A stretch of 63,067 nt of DNA, filler included, from Stramenopiles sp. TOSAG23-6 (GCA_900128565.1; 11 parts of 11 records of this genome joined end to end with filler, not necessarily neighbours in it), one strand, 5' to 3'. Positions 1 to 10,201 are shown, numbered from the whole stretch's first letter. The notes: generated from the sequence alone by a model not told the origin. Numbers and translations: made by a program.

Positions 1-86
1 AAAAAAATTAAATTCGAAATTTGTTAGGTACAAAATTTCGTACGAAAAAAAAATTAATTATTTTGAAATTCATAATGAAAACGTAC
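1..86 (-). mobile_element. Introner-family intron (donor GTACGT; acceptor outside window)
   Basis: ATTGGA|GTACGTTTT; TTCGTACGAAATTTTGTACCTAAC core present. Confidence 0.85.
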
Positions 87-3000
87 TCCAATTCTCGTAA
101 ATAATCGATCACAAATCTTTAATTTAGCTTTCTTACAAGGTACGTAACAACCACTTTGTGCCAGTATTTGAATCAAAGCAACTTGTCTGATAAATGTACT
201 TTTTCCAGCGCCATTTGGTCCTGTAACAATTTGTACATTTCCAGTCGCAAGATTTACATACATTGTGAAAAAAAAAAAAAAAGTTTGAAATTTGTTAGGT
301 ACAAAATTTCGTACGAAAAAAAAAATTGAAATTCATAATGGAAAAACGTACATCATTCGAAACGAATGATTCTTCGGAGATACGTTCAATGATAGGATGT
401 CGACATTGACGAATATCTAGAGCATATTTATTATTCGCAATTTCTGGATGGAATTCGGGTCGTACATTTACAATGTAAAATATTTTTTTTTTTTGGTACA
501 ATTGAATAGGTATAAAATTTTCATAGTAAAAAAAATGATGAAAATGATAAAAAAATCCAGAAAACGTACATAATCATTAAATTCAGCCACAAGGCTTGCG
601 AATCCAGTAATCATATCTAATTGAGCAACGGCTTCAGTGACACGAACTAGAACTTCAATATCGCATCGTAGAGAGTCTTTTGCAGTATCAATAGCACGAT
701 GTGTTCGTAGAAATATAAGTTTCAATGATTGTTCAATTTGACTATTTAATGATAATAATTCACGAATCGTCCAATTGATGTATTGTGAAAAAAAAAAATT
801 AAAAAAAATCGTTAGGTACAAAATTTCGTATGAAAAAAAAATTTAAATTAGAAATTCATATAAAAATACATCCACTTCCCTTTCCGTACTGCTTGTAAAA
901 TTTCATCTTGTGGTAATTCATTTTCAAATTCGGCTGGAATTCGTAAGATATATCCTCGTGATACCGTATGATATATATTACATTCTGGTAGATCCCAAAT
1001 ATTTCGTTTTGTTTCTTCGAGTTGTTCAACTTCATTAATAAGACCAGTGAAACATTCTCTTTCTACATCAAGATCATCATCAATATTTTTTTCTACAGCC
1101 CAGACCGCTTGAAATTGCATTCCTAAACTATCTTTTGTAAACATCGTGTCTTCACTAAAAATTGAATTCAAAATATTTTCCATCCGTGGAAGTGCTCTAT
1201 CTGAAAAAGTCTTTTGTATTGCAGACAAAAGTTCAGACTTTGCATCTGAAAGCGAATTGGCCAATCTTGGAAGCAACCCTAAAATATGTTTTAAGGATAT
1301 TAAACTGACTATAGAAGATTTTGCTGTTTGCATGGAAGGTTCTTCAAATTTTGATTTTGAAGCCAATTGATTCAGTAATGTATCAAGATTGACAAACTTT
1401 GATAAAATATCACCAACACCAAAAAACATATATTTTGGAAAAATATTTCAAAAAAAAAAACTAAAATTTGTTAGGTACAAAATTACGTACGAAAAAATAA
1501 ATTCGAAATTAAAAAAAATAAAACATACATCGTTGAAGATGATAAAAGTTCTTCAACAGCATCTAAACGTCCATTAATGGTACCTTCATTTGCTGGTGGA
1601 CAAATTAATGTAGCTCGGAGTTTTTGTGCACCAACGGAGGTTTTCGTGCGATTTACAATGGCTAATAATGTATTCGTCTTCTGTTTCCCAGTTCTAGCAT
1701 TAGTGACAATTTCAAGATGTCGAACACTCACATGTATTGTGAAAAAACACGAAATTGTACGAAAAAAAAGTTAGGTACAAAATTTCGTACGAAAAATAAA
1801 TAAATTTGAAATTGAAAAAAAATAAAAACATACATGATCTACTATCATTTGACCTTCTAAATCAACCCATTTGATTTGCATACTTTTTGGTAAAAACAGA
1901 ATTTTTTGATATTCTTCTGTATGGTGAATTAAACACGCTAAAGAGGCAAGTGGCAAATATTTTGCTTTTATATCAGTTTCAACGGCATTTGCACCAAGCT
2001 TTGTGACTAAAGAAACTCCTGCATCTTCGTTATAAAACTTTCTCTGACAAGGAAGAACATCAATACCAGGAAAAAAACGTTTTACAGATTGTACTAAAAT
2101 ACCTTGAATCAATGTGTCAGGGACAAGTAACACTGATGCATTTTTGACAATATTTCCAAAAAAAAAAATTTTTTTTTTGTTAGGTACAAAATTTCGAAAA
2201 AAAAAAAAAATCATATAAAAACGCACATGGATCGAAAGCTTGTAATAAGGCAAGAGTTTTGCTAAAGTTTCGATTATCATTAATCTGAGATAATTTCAAT
2301 GAAGTTTGATTATTTAAATCCATACATTGTGAACAAATATTTTTTTTTTGATTTTGAGATGTAAAAAAAAATTGTTAGGTACGGAATTTTTGGAGAATGT
2401 TTTTGAAAAAAAATAAATACAATTCAAATTGAAATTCAATTTTGAAAACATACATTGCAGCTAATCCGACTTCAAATGCTCGGGATTGTGAGATTGCAAC
2501 TTTGACTAAATATGACCTATTTGTATTCGGGTTGGAGTTATTTGCACGAGATCCACTTCTATTGCTACTAGTACTTTTACGACTTTTAGATTTTCTAGTC
2601 GAATTTTGTGTTTTTCGTGTATTTCTACAACTTTTGTCTTCTGTTTTTGTTCTCGTAGATTTTGTGACATTTCCATTTAATCTCATCCTTTTACAAGATG
2701 ATGGTCTACAATGACTATCTAATTGGGATGTTTTTCTTCTGATTGATTGTGGCACCAAACGTGGAGTATATGGTGGTGGATTTTGTTGGATTCGACTTTG
2801 TTGGATTCGATTTTGTTGCATTGGTGGTGATGGATTTTGTTGGGTTGGTGGATTTTGTTGCATTGGTGGAGGTGGATTTTGTTGCATTGGTGGTTGTGGA
2901 TTTTGCTGCATTCGACCAAAACTACCTTCAATATAGTGCGATGTATCACTTTGGTAATTGTAACCATTATTGGTGTCTGGTTGGAAAGCTCCGATAGAAG

Positions 3001-3331
3001 ATATAGTTGAAATGCTTAATGGAGGTGGATAATCATTTGTTCTAAAGGTTCCAGGTGTAGTATAAGAAAAATGTGGATAACTTTCCCGATATTCCAATCC
3101 TTGTGATGCAGGGTAGGTAAATGACTGATTTCCAGTGACAGGCGTATGCGGTTGAAATCGTATCGGTGTATAGACGGAGTCACTCGCTTGTGTCGATGAG
3201 TCTCTTCGTCTCTGAATTTGTTGTTGCATTAGACCAGTTTGTTCTGCTGGGTAAGATGCATATTCTACCTGAGGAAGTGGAGATCGTGACAAAAATAAAT
3301 CTTGGCTATTTAATGTATTAGGAGATACCAT
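87..3331 (-). CDS. MSH4: MutS homolog 4 (meiotic crossover factor), 3'-truncated; exons 3331-2454, 2321-2227, 2135-1834, 1731-1529, 1427-870, 777-570, 465-352, 257-87
   Basis: Spliced product has [43 protein letters not shown] and Walker [36 protein letters not shown]; long disordered N-terminus. Confidence 0.85.
258..351 (-). mobile_element. GT-AT introner intron (MSH4)
   Basis: gAT|GTACGT..TACCTAAC..caatgtAT|gta; restores SNDVNL. Confidence 0.85.
466..569 (-). mobile_element. GT-AT introner intron (MSH4)
   Basis: tAT|GTACGT..gtaaAT|gtacga; restores NDYVRPEF. Confidence 0.8.
778..869 (-). mobile_element. GT-AT introner intron (MSH4)
   Basis: gAT|GTATTT..TACCTAAC..caatacAT|caa; restores KWINWT. 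Confidence 0.85.
1428..1528 (-). mobile_element. GT-AT introner intron (MSH4)
   Basis: gAT|GTATGT..TACCTAAC..aaatatAT|gtt; restores SSTMFFG. Confidence 0.85.
1732..1833 (-). mobile_element. GT-AT introner intron (MSH4)
   Basis: cAT|GTATGT..TACCTAAC..caatacAT|gtg; restores [10 protein letters not shown]. Confidence 0.85.
2136..2226 (-). mobile_element. GT-AT introner intron (MSH4)
   Basis: cAT|GTGCGT..TACCTAAC..aatgcAT|cag; restores FDPSVLLVP. Confidence 0.8.
2322..2453 (-). mobile_element. GT-AT introner intron (MSH4)
   Basis: aAT|GTATGT..TACCTAAC..caatgtAT|gga; restores GLAAMDLN. Confidence 0.85.
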
Positions 3332-3598
3332 TTGATAAAAGTGTAAAGTCGACTCAATGCGTAAGCTTAGCTATATTTAACTTTGATGATTTACAACAAT
3401 GACCAACATTTGCTCGTTCATTCGATCAAATCGATACCAAAAAAAAATGACATTATTTTTGACTTTTCGTTTCAAAAAAACGACCGTTATTTTCGAACAC
3501 AATTATACTAGCTACTATCCTATATAAGTTTAACTGCTTGAATTTTGAGTAAATTAGTAGGATTCAAAATCAACTTTGCAGTGACCTAAATCCCAGCA

Positions 3599-4995
3599 AT
3601 GACTACAAGCTCTAGTAACATAGAATGGTCAATCCCAGATCAACCTTTTAGAAGCTTAGGACCTTCAAAGAAAGCAATGCCACCTCCCGTTCCAAAAAGA
3701 CAAGACAAATTCTTCAAGAGTGACTGGGGTTGCCAAAACAGTGACGTCAAAAACAACGACGAAGAGTCGGAACAAGTAAACAAAATTCTTGAAGCAGAAG
3801 AGGCTATTCGACAAGCACGTGAACTAACACAAGGCAGTATGCGCTTCAACCATTTTACAAGTGGAGGCACGCGGAGAGATCAAATTAATACTTCAACTCT
3901 TCGGCGTATTTCGGAAGCTATTGCTAATCTTTTTCGTATCAAAAAAAAAGAAACAGTGGGAATTCTCGATTCAGGACATGACTACCATGTAGAAGCAATT
4001 GAATTGATAAAGTTCCAAAATACAGAATTTCTTGGTTATCTACGCCTCAAAATTCGTAAGGCAAGGTCCCGGCTGGAATTACGAAATGTCTTCAAGAGTA
4101 ATCAGCGATGGCTTGCCATGGTTGAACTTGCCCCTCCAGACCACAGCCATACTTTATTACCAGATGAACTATCAAAAATGTTATTTAAAGGTGTTGAAAA
4201 AGATGCTGAAATTGTCATCAATGACTGCGCTATTAAAGCTTGCTATGTAGATGAGCATGTATGTTTTACTTTTTTTCAAATTTTAAGTTGTTTTCGTACG
4301 CAATTTTGTACCTAACGAAAAACCATTTGAAATATTTTTCCAAAATACATATAAGTTTATTGTTTAGTAGAAAATCGAAGACTCGCCGAGCTGCTTTGGT
4401 CCACTCATTGAAGCAAGCAACACTTGTATCGTCAACTTCAGGAGATGCATGTATGTTTTATTTTTTTTTTAACAAAAAACTTTTCGTACGAAATTTTGTA
4501 CCTAACAAATTTTTTAGATTTTTTTTTGAAATATTTTTCCAAAATACATACTTAGTTTTATATACACTACTCGGACCGAAAAATTTATTATTGAAAAAAC
4601 TTCGCCTGAGGTTACGAAATGGTCGAGATAACTGCCGAACTGGAATAGAATATTCGACTGAGATGGACCGTGTTATAGTCGAATCTGTTAATATTTTTGA
4701 TATTTTATTTGTACGCCCTAAAAAGGATGGAACAAGTCAATGTGTACGTCTTTTTTCAGTTAGGGTTTGCATATTACAACAAATTGATATCCCAACTTGG
4801 AGTAATGTTAGAATGGCAAGCGTATTATTGATGGCACCAGAAGTAACAACTCAGTCCACGGAATCTCCTACAAAAAAGACAGAAGAGTCAAATATTCCTA
4901 ACCCTAACCCTATAGATAATATTCAGAGTCCAAAAGACACAAAAACACAAATTATAGAAAGTTCGCCTAGTACTGTTATATCCAAGGATAAATAG
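3599..4995 (+). CDS. Hypothetical protein, 3 exons (3599-4258, 4351-4450, 4550-4995)
   Basis: Two ORFs become one frame after removing two family introns; no motif recognised. Confidence 0.7.
4259..4350 (+). mobile_element. GT-AT introner intron
   Basis: cAT|GTATGT..TACCTAAC..ccaaaatacAT|ata; in frame. Confidence 0.85.
4451..4549 (+). mobile_element. GT-AT introner intron
   Basis: cAT|GTATGT..TACCTAAC..ccaaaatacAT|act; 99 nt. Confidence 0.8.
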
Positions 4996-5188
4996 AACAT
5001 ATTTTAAAATATTGAGATGAAGTACACCATTAAAATAAATGTATTTTAAAATATTAAGATGTAAAATAAATGTATTTATTTTCTACTAGGCTACAACCGT
5101 AGTATTATATTGTGTGCTATTTTTCTGCATATGAAAAAAATAATTGTACACAAAATTTTCAAAAGTAACTCATTCATTAGGGCCCTCT

Positions 5189-5638
5189 TCATCCTCTGTT
5201 TTTGAGGTAGTGGTGAGGTAGTGGTGACATGAAATCTCGCATTGATGCTTTTTCATTATTGAATAGTCCAAGCCTGGAGATGACTCGAGCCGTATCCCGA
5301 CGAAGGCGTAAACGGTACTGACGATAGTATGGGTTTATTATTGCACTAACTGAACGCCAAGGTTCCATCCAATATTCTGTGCCGGAATCGAATCGGTTAC
5401 CTTGCCATTCAGGTCGAAAGTAGTAAAAATCAAACTCTTTATTGTCGTCAGCCCGGCGGATATATGGGTAGATTCCAGCAGCTTTCCTTTTCGAAATTAA
5501 TGGTACAGCCCGATTGTTAAGAAGTAAATGCAAAATTGCATCTCTCTTTTGCACGTGCTCTTCAATTTTTGATAAATCGTATTTGTAGCCGTATGCAACA
5601 GCATGTCCTAGATTACGTATCTTTGGATTCCGTACCAT
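5189..5638 (-). CDS. Basic hypothetical protein, probably a terminal exon
   Basis: 149-aa ORF; TACCTAA-like motif just upstream at the contig edge. Confidence 0.55.
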   Translation of the reverse strand: MVRNPKIRNLGHAVAYGYKYDLSKIEEHVQKRDAILHLLLNNRAVPLISKRKAAGIYPYIRRADDNKEFDFYYFRPEWQGNRFDSGTEYWMEPWRSVSAIINPYYRQYRLRLRRDTARVISRLGLFNNEKASMRDFMSPLPHHYLKNRG

Positions 5639-5668
5639 TTTTTTGTACTTATTTTTTTAGGTATGAAA

Positions 5669-5768
5669 NNNNNNNNNNNNNNNNNNNNNNNNNNNNNNNN
5701 NNNNNNNNNNNNTTAATTAATTAANNNNNNNNNNNNNNNNNNNNNNNNNNNNNNNNNNNNNNNNNNNN
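5669..5768. other. Artificial contig linker; also at 11426-11525, 17181-17280, 22927-23026, 28673-28772, 34418-34517, 40161-40260, 45896-45995, 51626-51725, 57355-57454
   Basis: Identical 100-nt spacers of N around TTAATTAATTAA (stops in all six frames). Confidence 0.98.
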
Positions 5769-5862
5769 GGAAAAATATTTCAAAAAAAATCTAAAAAAAA
5801 TTGTTAGGTACAAAATTTCCTATAAAAAATAAATTCGAAATTGAAAAAAAAATAAAACATAC

Positions 5863-7014
5863 ATCTTTCCCTTCCTCATTTTCATCAATTGCCCAACGTT
5901 TGACGAGGTCGTGATAGTCTCTGTACGGTGCTCCACCTGTACATTGGAAATATATTTCAAAAAAAATGATTGGTTTTGTTAGGTATGACATTTGATACCA
6001 AAAAAAAAAAATTCGAAATTCGAAAAATGAAATATACCTGTGTAAGGGATGCGTCCAGGATTAGATCGAACCTCAGGCATTGATTTACAACGGAGCACAT
6101 TATCTCTAAGATCTGCGAGAGTTCGACAATCGCGTAATTTTGTAAAAGCCTCGGGAAATAAGTAACCACAAGTAGGAAGAAGCGACTGTCTTTCCGTCCG
6201 ACCCATATAGTATTAAAAAAAATGTAAGAAAAAAAAATTTTAGGTACATAATTTTCTATGAAATAATAATAATAAAATGTAAGAAAAAAAATATTAGGTA
6301 CATAATTTTCTATGAAATAATAATAATAATGATGAAAACGTACATGTGTGTCTTTGAAAGGTTTGAGAAATCAGCAATAAATGAAGCATCAATGATACTA
6401 ATACTTATCTGATCAGCACGAACTTTGAGTAAATGGCCCATTATGAATTATGAAAAAATATTTCAAAAAAAAATTGTTAGGTACAAAATTTCGTATGAAA
6501 AAAAAATTATATAAAAAATTGAAATTGAAATGAAAACGTATATTTCCGCTGTCTCTCCACCTAAATTTTGTGTAAATGTATAAAAATCTTCAAGATACAA
6601 CTTCATAACACCATTTTGAAGCATATAATCACGTTGTTCAGAGAGTAATGAAGTAACTTCATCAGATCCTTGCAGTTTCTGTTTGTCTTTTAGTGACAGT
6701 AAATATTCCTCAAAATATTTTCCAACAGACGTTCCAATCAAAACAGTCCAGACAAGTATTGTGAAAAAAATATTTCGAAAAATCTAAAAAAATTTGTTAG
6801 GTACAAAATTTTCAAAAAAAAAAATCGAAATTGAAATGAAAACATACAAGTTGTTCAGTTCCTTTCTTAGTGGGCTCGAATGAGGCAATCGCCTTCATCG
6901 TAGATTCATCAAACATTCCTAGCGGGTGACAAGACTCCATTATAGCACTTATTTCCACTCCCACATCCGCATTTTTGAAGAGATTGAGAATCTTAAAGAC
7001 ATTGTCTATCATAT
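5863..7014 (-). CDS. ATP6V0D: V-type ATPase V0 subunit d, internal fragment; exons 7014-6848, 6753-6542, 6442-6344, 6204-6038, 5936-5863
   Basis: YMIDNV..CHPLGMFD..VLIGTSVGKYF..KLYLEDFYTFTQNLGGETAEIMGHLLKVRAD..GYLFP matches Vma6/subunit d motifs. Confidence 0.85.
5937..6037 (-). mobile_element. Family intron with GT-AG ends
   Basis: cAG|GTATAT..TACCTAAC..caatgtacAG|gtg. Confidence 0.85.
6205..6343 (-). mobile_element. GT-AT intron with internally duplicated core
   Basis: cAT|GTACGT..2x TACCTAA..actatAT|ggg; restores KTHMGRTER. Confidence 0.75.
6443..6541 (-). mobile_element. Family intron with AT-AT ends
   Basis: aAT|ATACGT..TACCTAAC..aattcAT|aat; restores conserved TAEIM. Confidence 0.7.
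6754..6847 (-). mobile_element. Family intron with GT-TT ends
   Basis: cTT|GTATGT..TACCTAAC..caatacTT|gtc; restores EQLVWTVLIGT. Confidence 0.8.
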
Positions 7015-7109
7015 ATGTATTTTGGAAAAATATTTCAAAAAAAAGTTTGTTAGGTACAAAATTTCGTACGAAAAATAAATTCGAAATTGAAAAAAAAAAT
7101 AGAACATAC
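7015..7109 (-). mobile_element. GT-AT introner intron at the NOL6 / V-ATPase d junction
   Basis: cAT|GTATGT..TACCTAAC..ccaaaatacAT|ata. Confidence 0.8.
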
Positions 7110-8841
7110 ATGCTAGTGCTGGTGCACCAGAATCGGCAGCAGGACCTTTTTCTACCAACCGCCAAGCATCTGGTTCATTTAAACGTAATGCTAAACTCAT
7201 CACAGGTGCATTATCCTTATTTGAATTATATGTAGGTGGAGATTCGAAAACACCCCATTGAGCTTTACAACCAACGCTATCACGTACACGAATCATTTGG
7301 ACTCTGTCCCCTAATGCATACGCCATCGTACGAGCTAACGAATTACGGAAAGCAATTGGCCATGATTGATCACACAATGAATTAAATATTGGAAGATCTC
7401 TTTTCGCTTGAATAAGTTGTTTTTTTGTATCCTGTGAATCACTGTCAATGTTTTGTGGTTCCTTTGGTCCAAATCTTGGCATAAACACAGTGAAAAACTC
7501 ATCAAAATTTACATCAAATCCAGAAGAGATCATAAATATAGAATGAAAGGCATCAACAGGATCTCCAAGAAAAGCAATCGCAGATTGTTTCGCAAGATGA
7601 CGTAATTCGATATAAGCATCTGTCGAGACTCTGCTAAAAATATTCACTGCGGGTATTCCTCTCTTTCCTGGTAAAATAATAGCAATATCGAATACTTTAT
7701 TCCAAGCTGATACATCAATACTTTCAGATATGATTTCATCATCATTTTCATCTGAGTTTTCTTCGGAATCTTCTGCATCATTTGGAGCAGGAATTAAAAT
7801 GCCTGATTCAGCAACATCAGTATTAGCAATAAACTCAATTGTTAATCGAAATATATGATATGGATCCATCTGTGGTGTAACAACGCCAGTACGAAATAAG
7901 TGAAGGAGGAGAATACAAAGCTGAAAACCATTGACGCTATCTGAAGCCTCATGAAGCTGCCGTCTTCTACTCCATATCTTCAAGAGAATACATGCCTGTG
8001 CAAATGAAGGTGACTCCAAAGCTAGTGCATGCAGCTGTTGAAGATGATCACGAAAACACATATCTTCTAAAATAGAGTTATTATAAAGAGGAGTAGCCGG
8101 TTGAGGTTCATCAAGGAAGCATCGGCGGCGGACGTTATTCCTTCGTAGTGCTAATTTCCCATGGCTAAAAGCGTCAGCTGAAACACAAGGCAAAATACGC
8201 AAAACACACTTTGATAGAGATGAATTAGTAGATTTTGATGAAGTTGCAGAAGTTTCTGTAGGTTGAAGGCAAAGTACAATTTTAGACAAATCACCACGAA
8301 ATCCTTCCAGCCAAACTTTTTTGAAGAGTTTCGTCTTTTTTAATTCTTGTGCGACAACACCGAGATAGAGTGCACGCTTGTCAGTGTATCTGTGATTCAA
8401 GTAGTCTTTCGGGGTAATACATGCGTCCGGAATCTCAATGGCTACGTCAATATTCAAGGAAGGCTTCGCCAAAGAGCGTATAAGGAAACTGCCAACAACG
8501 TCAACGCGAGCAGGGCTTTTGAAAGATAACTCAACTGGCTTGGTATGACGGTTCTGACAACAAATACCACTAAGAGAAAGTGTACTCTCTGTGACAGTCT
8601 GATCAGGTATTGTATCGATAGCAGACTTAAGGGCGAACATTACTTCCTGTATGCCAGAAAGTTTTTCGTAGTTTACAGAAAATTCGGACAAAAGTTCTTT
8701 GATTTCGAGTTGCCACAAATTTGACTTGAGTACACTATTCAGATTGCCTTCACGACTTGAAAGTGATCGCAAATGGCGAGATTCTTCCTCTGTTGGGGCA
8801 CTGAAGCGTGAGTCATGCTTCTTCATTGTAATTGGTGCCAT
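7110..8841 (-). CDS. NOL6: Nucleolar protein 6 / Utp22 (Nrap family), 5' part only
   Basis: VVGSFL..IDVAIEIP..KDYLNHRYTDKRALYL, ATPLYNNSILED, LLKIWSRRR, VEKGPAAD. Confidence 0.9.
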
Positions 8842-9018
8842 CTGTATGTTATATACAGATTTCTAGCTAGGGGGAAGTAACAGTCCTACTCCCTTGCAGT
8901 TCTGTCTGTCTCTTTTTTGTCTTTTTTGAACTGACTTTATTTACTACTACTACCGTTTAGCTTAACTACAAACCAAGTACCTTTTCATACACCAATTCTA
9001 TAAATTATAAGCATTTCA

Positions 9019-10032
9019 ATGGGCAAACGGCATAGGGCTCGTGCTCGTCAGGCAAAGAAGACTCGTGCAGGGAAGCGCAAAAATATAGCTAGCAATGCCA
9101 TTACACCATTAAGGAAGCGTTACAAAACAGGTGAGAATACTCCTTCCAATCCAGTAAAAGGAAAACCTTGGGGCATTAAATATCTCTCTAGTCAGCGTAC
9201 TTTAGTAGTTGGTGATGGTGATTTTTCTTTTTCAGAGGGCCTTGTACATCATCGTGATGGAACAGAAAATTTAATGTGTACTTCTTATGATGGTAGAGCT
9301 TCTGTTTGTGAAAAGTATCGAAATGCTGAGGAACGTTTGGAACGGTTGAAGAAAATGAATCTCTTAGTTGTGCATAAAGTAAATGCTACAAAGCTATCGC
9401 ATACCATAAAGTCATGGGCGTTGCAGAGACTATCTACCACGGGAAAAGTTTTATTTGATCGTATAATATTCAATTTTCCTCATAGTGGCAAACAACGAGT
9501 ACATTTAAATCGAAATCTTTTGCGTGATTTTTTTGCAAGTGCACGAGAAATCTTGATGCCTTTAGGTGAAGTTCACGTTACGCTAAAACTACGTCCTCCG
9601 TATTCCGGTTGGCAAGTAGATGAAAACGCGGCAGAAAGTGGGTTTGAAGTATTAAATGTAGTTCGTTTTAATCCTGAAGCCTTTCCGGGCTATCGCCATC
9701 AAACAACTGAAGCTGATGCAAAAATGTTTATAGCAGAAAAATGTTCAACATTATGTTATGGTTTAAATAAAGAATCTAGAATAAAAAGACGCCAACAAAT
9801 ACGAATAGACATGGGTAAAGTCATTGCTGCAAACTCAAAGTCAAATCACAACAGTATTACTAGGAGTGATCAACTTGGCAATAGTAATAACAGTATTACT
9901 AGGAGTGATCAACTTGGCAATAGTAATAGTAATAAAAAAACGAAAAGTGCAACAACTAAAAGGAATGAGCGGAGAAAACTTTTGAAGATGAAAAAGAAAA
10001 AATTAGAAAAAAGCACAAAAACTATTTTATAA
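9019..10032 (+). CDS. BMT5: BMT5-like 25S rRNA (uridine-N3)-methyltransferase (DUF2431)
   Basis: LVVGDGDFSFS, TSYD, VNAT, FDRIIFNFPH, NRNLLRDFFASA, GEVHVTL; intronless. Confidence 0.85.
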   Translation: MGKRHRARARQAKKTRAGKRKNIASNAITPLRKRYKTGENTPSNPVKGKPWGIKYLSSQRTLVVGDGDFSFSEGLVHHRDGTENLMCTSYDGRASVCEKYRNAEERLERLKKMNLLVVHKVNATKLSHTIKSWALQRLSTTGKVLFDRIIFNFPHSGKQRVHLNRNLLRDFFASAREILMPLGEVHVTLKLRPPYSGWQVDENAAESGFEVLNVVRFNPEAFPGYRHQTTEADAKMFIAEKCSTLCYGLNKESRIKRRQQIRIDMGKVIAANSKSNHNSITRSDQLGNSNNSITRSDQLGNSNSNKKTKSATTKRNERRKLLKMKKKKLEKSTKTIL

Positions 10033-10201
10033 TAAAATATTAAAAATGAAAATGTAGTATATTTGTCATTCAAAATAACTTTGGACAATGTAATCATAGA
10101 GAAAACATCATATTGCATTTATATAAATAGGAAGTTTGGATGCTGGTTTACAGTGATAGTCAATACTGGCACCACCACTGGCACCAATATCAAGCCATGG
10201 A

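Noticed and set aside
295-2400. Recurring peptides FRTKFCT / VRNFVPN / YEILYLT / KYFSKIH at ORF ends
   Set aside because: These are translations of the intron core in different frames, not a protein motif.
258-2453. CRISPR-like array of palindromic repeats
   Set aside because: Spacing is irregular, the intervening DNA is consecutive exons of a eukaryotic gene, and there are no cas genes.
4257-4348. Reading the introns as U12-type AT-AC
   Set aside because: No ATATCCTT donor; the bases before the terminal AT vary; the MOB1 54735 junction requires the GT..AT register.
5669-5768. Regularly spaced TTAATTAATTAA palindromes flanked by N
   Set aside because: Artificial contig linkers; ORFs ending in X..LIN are artefacts.
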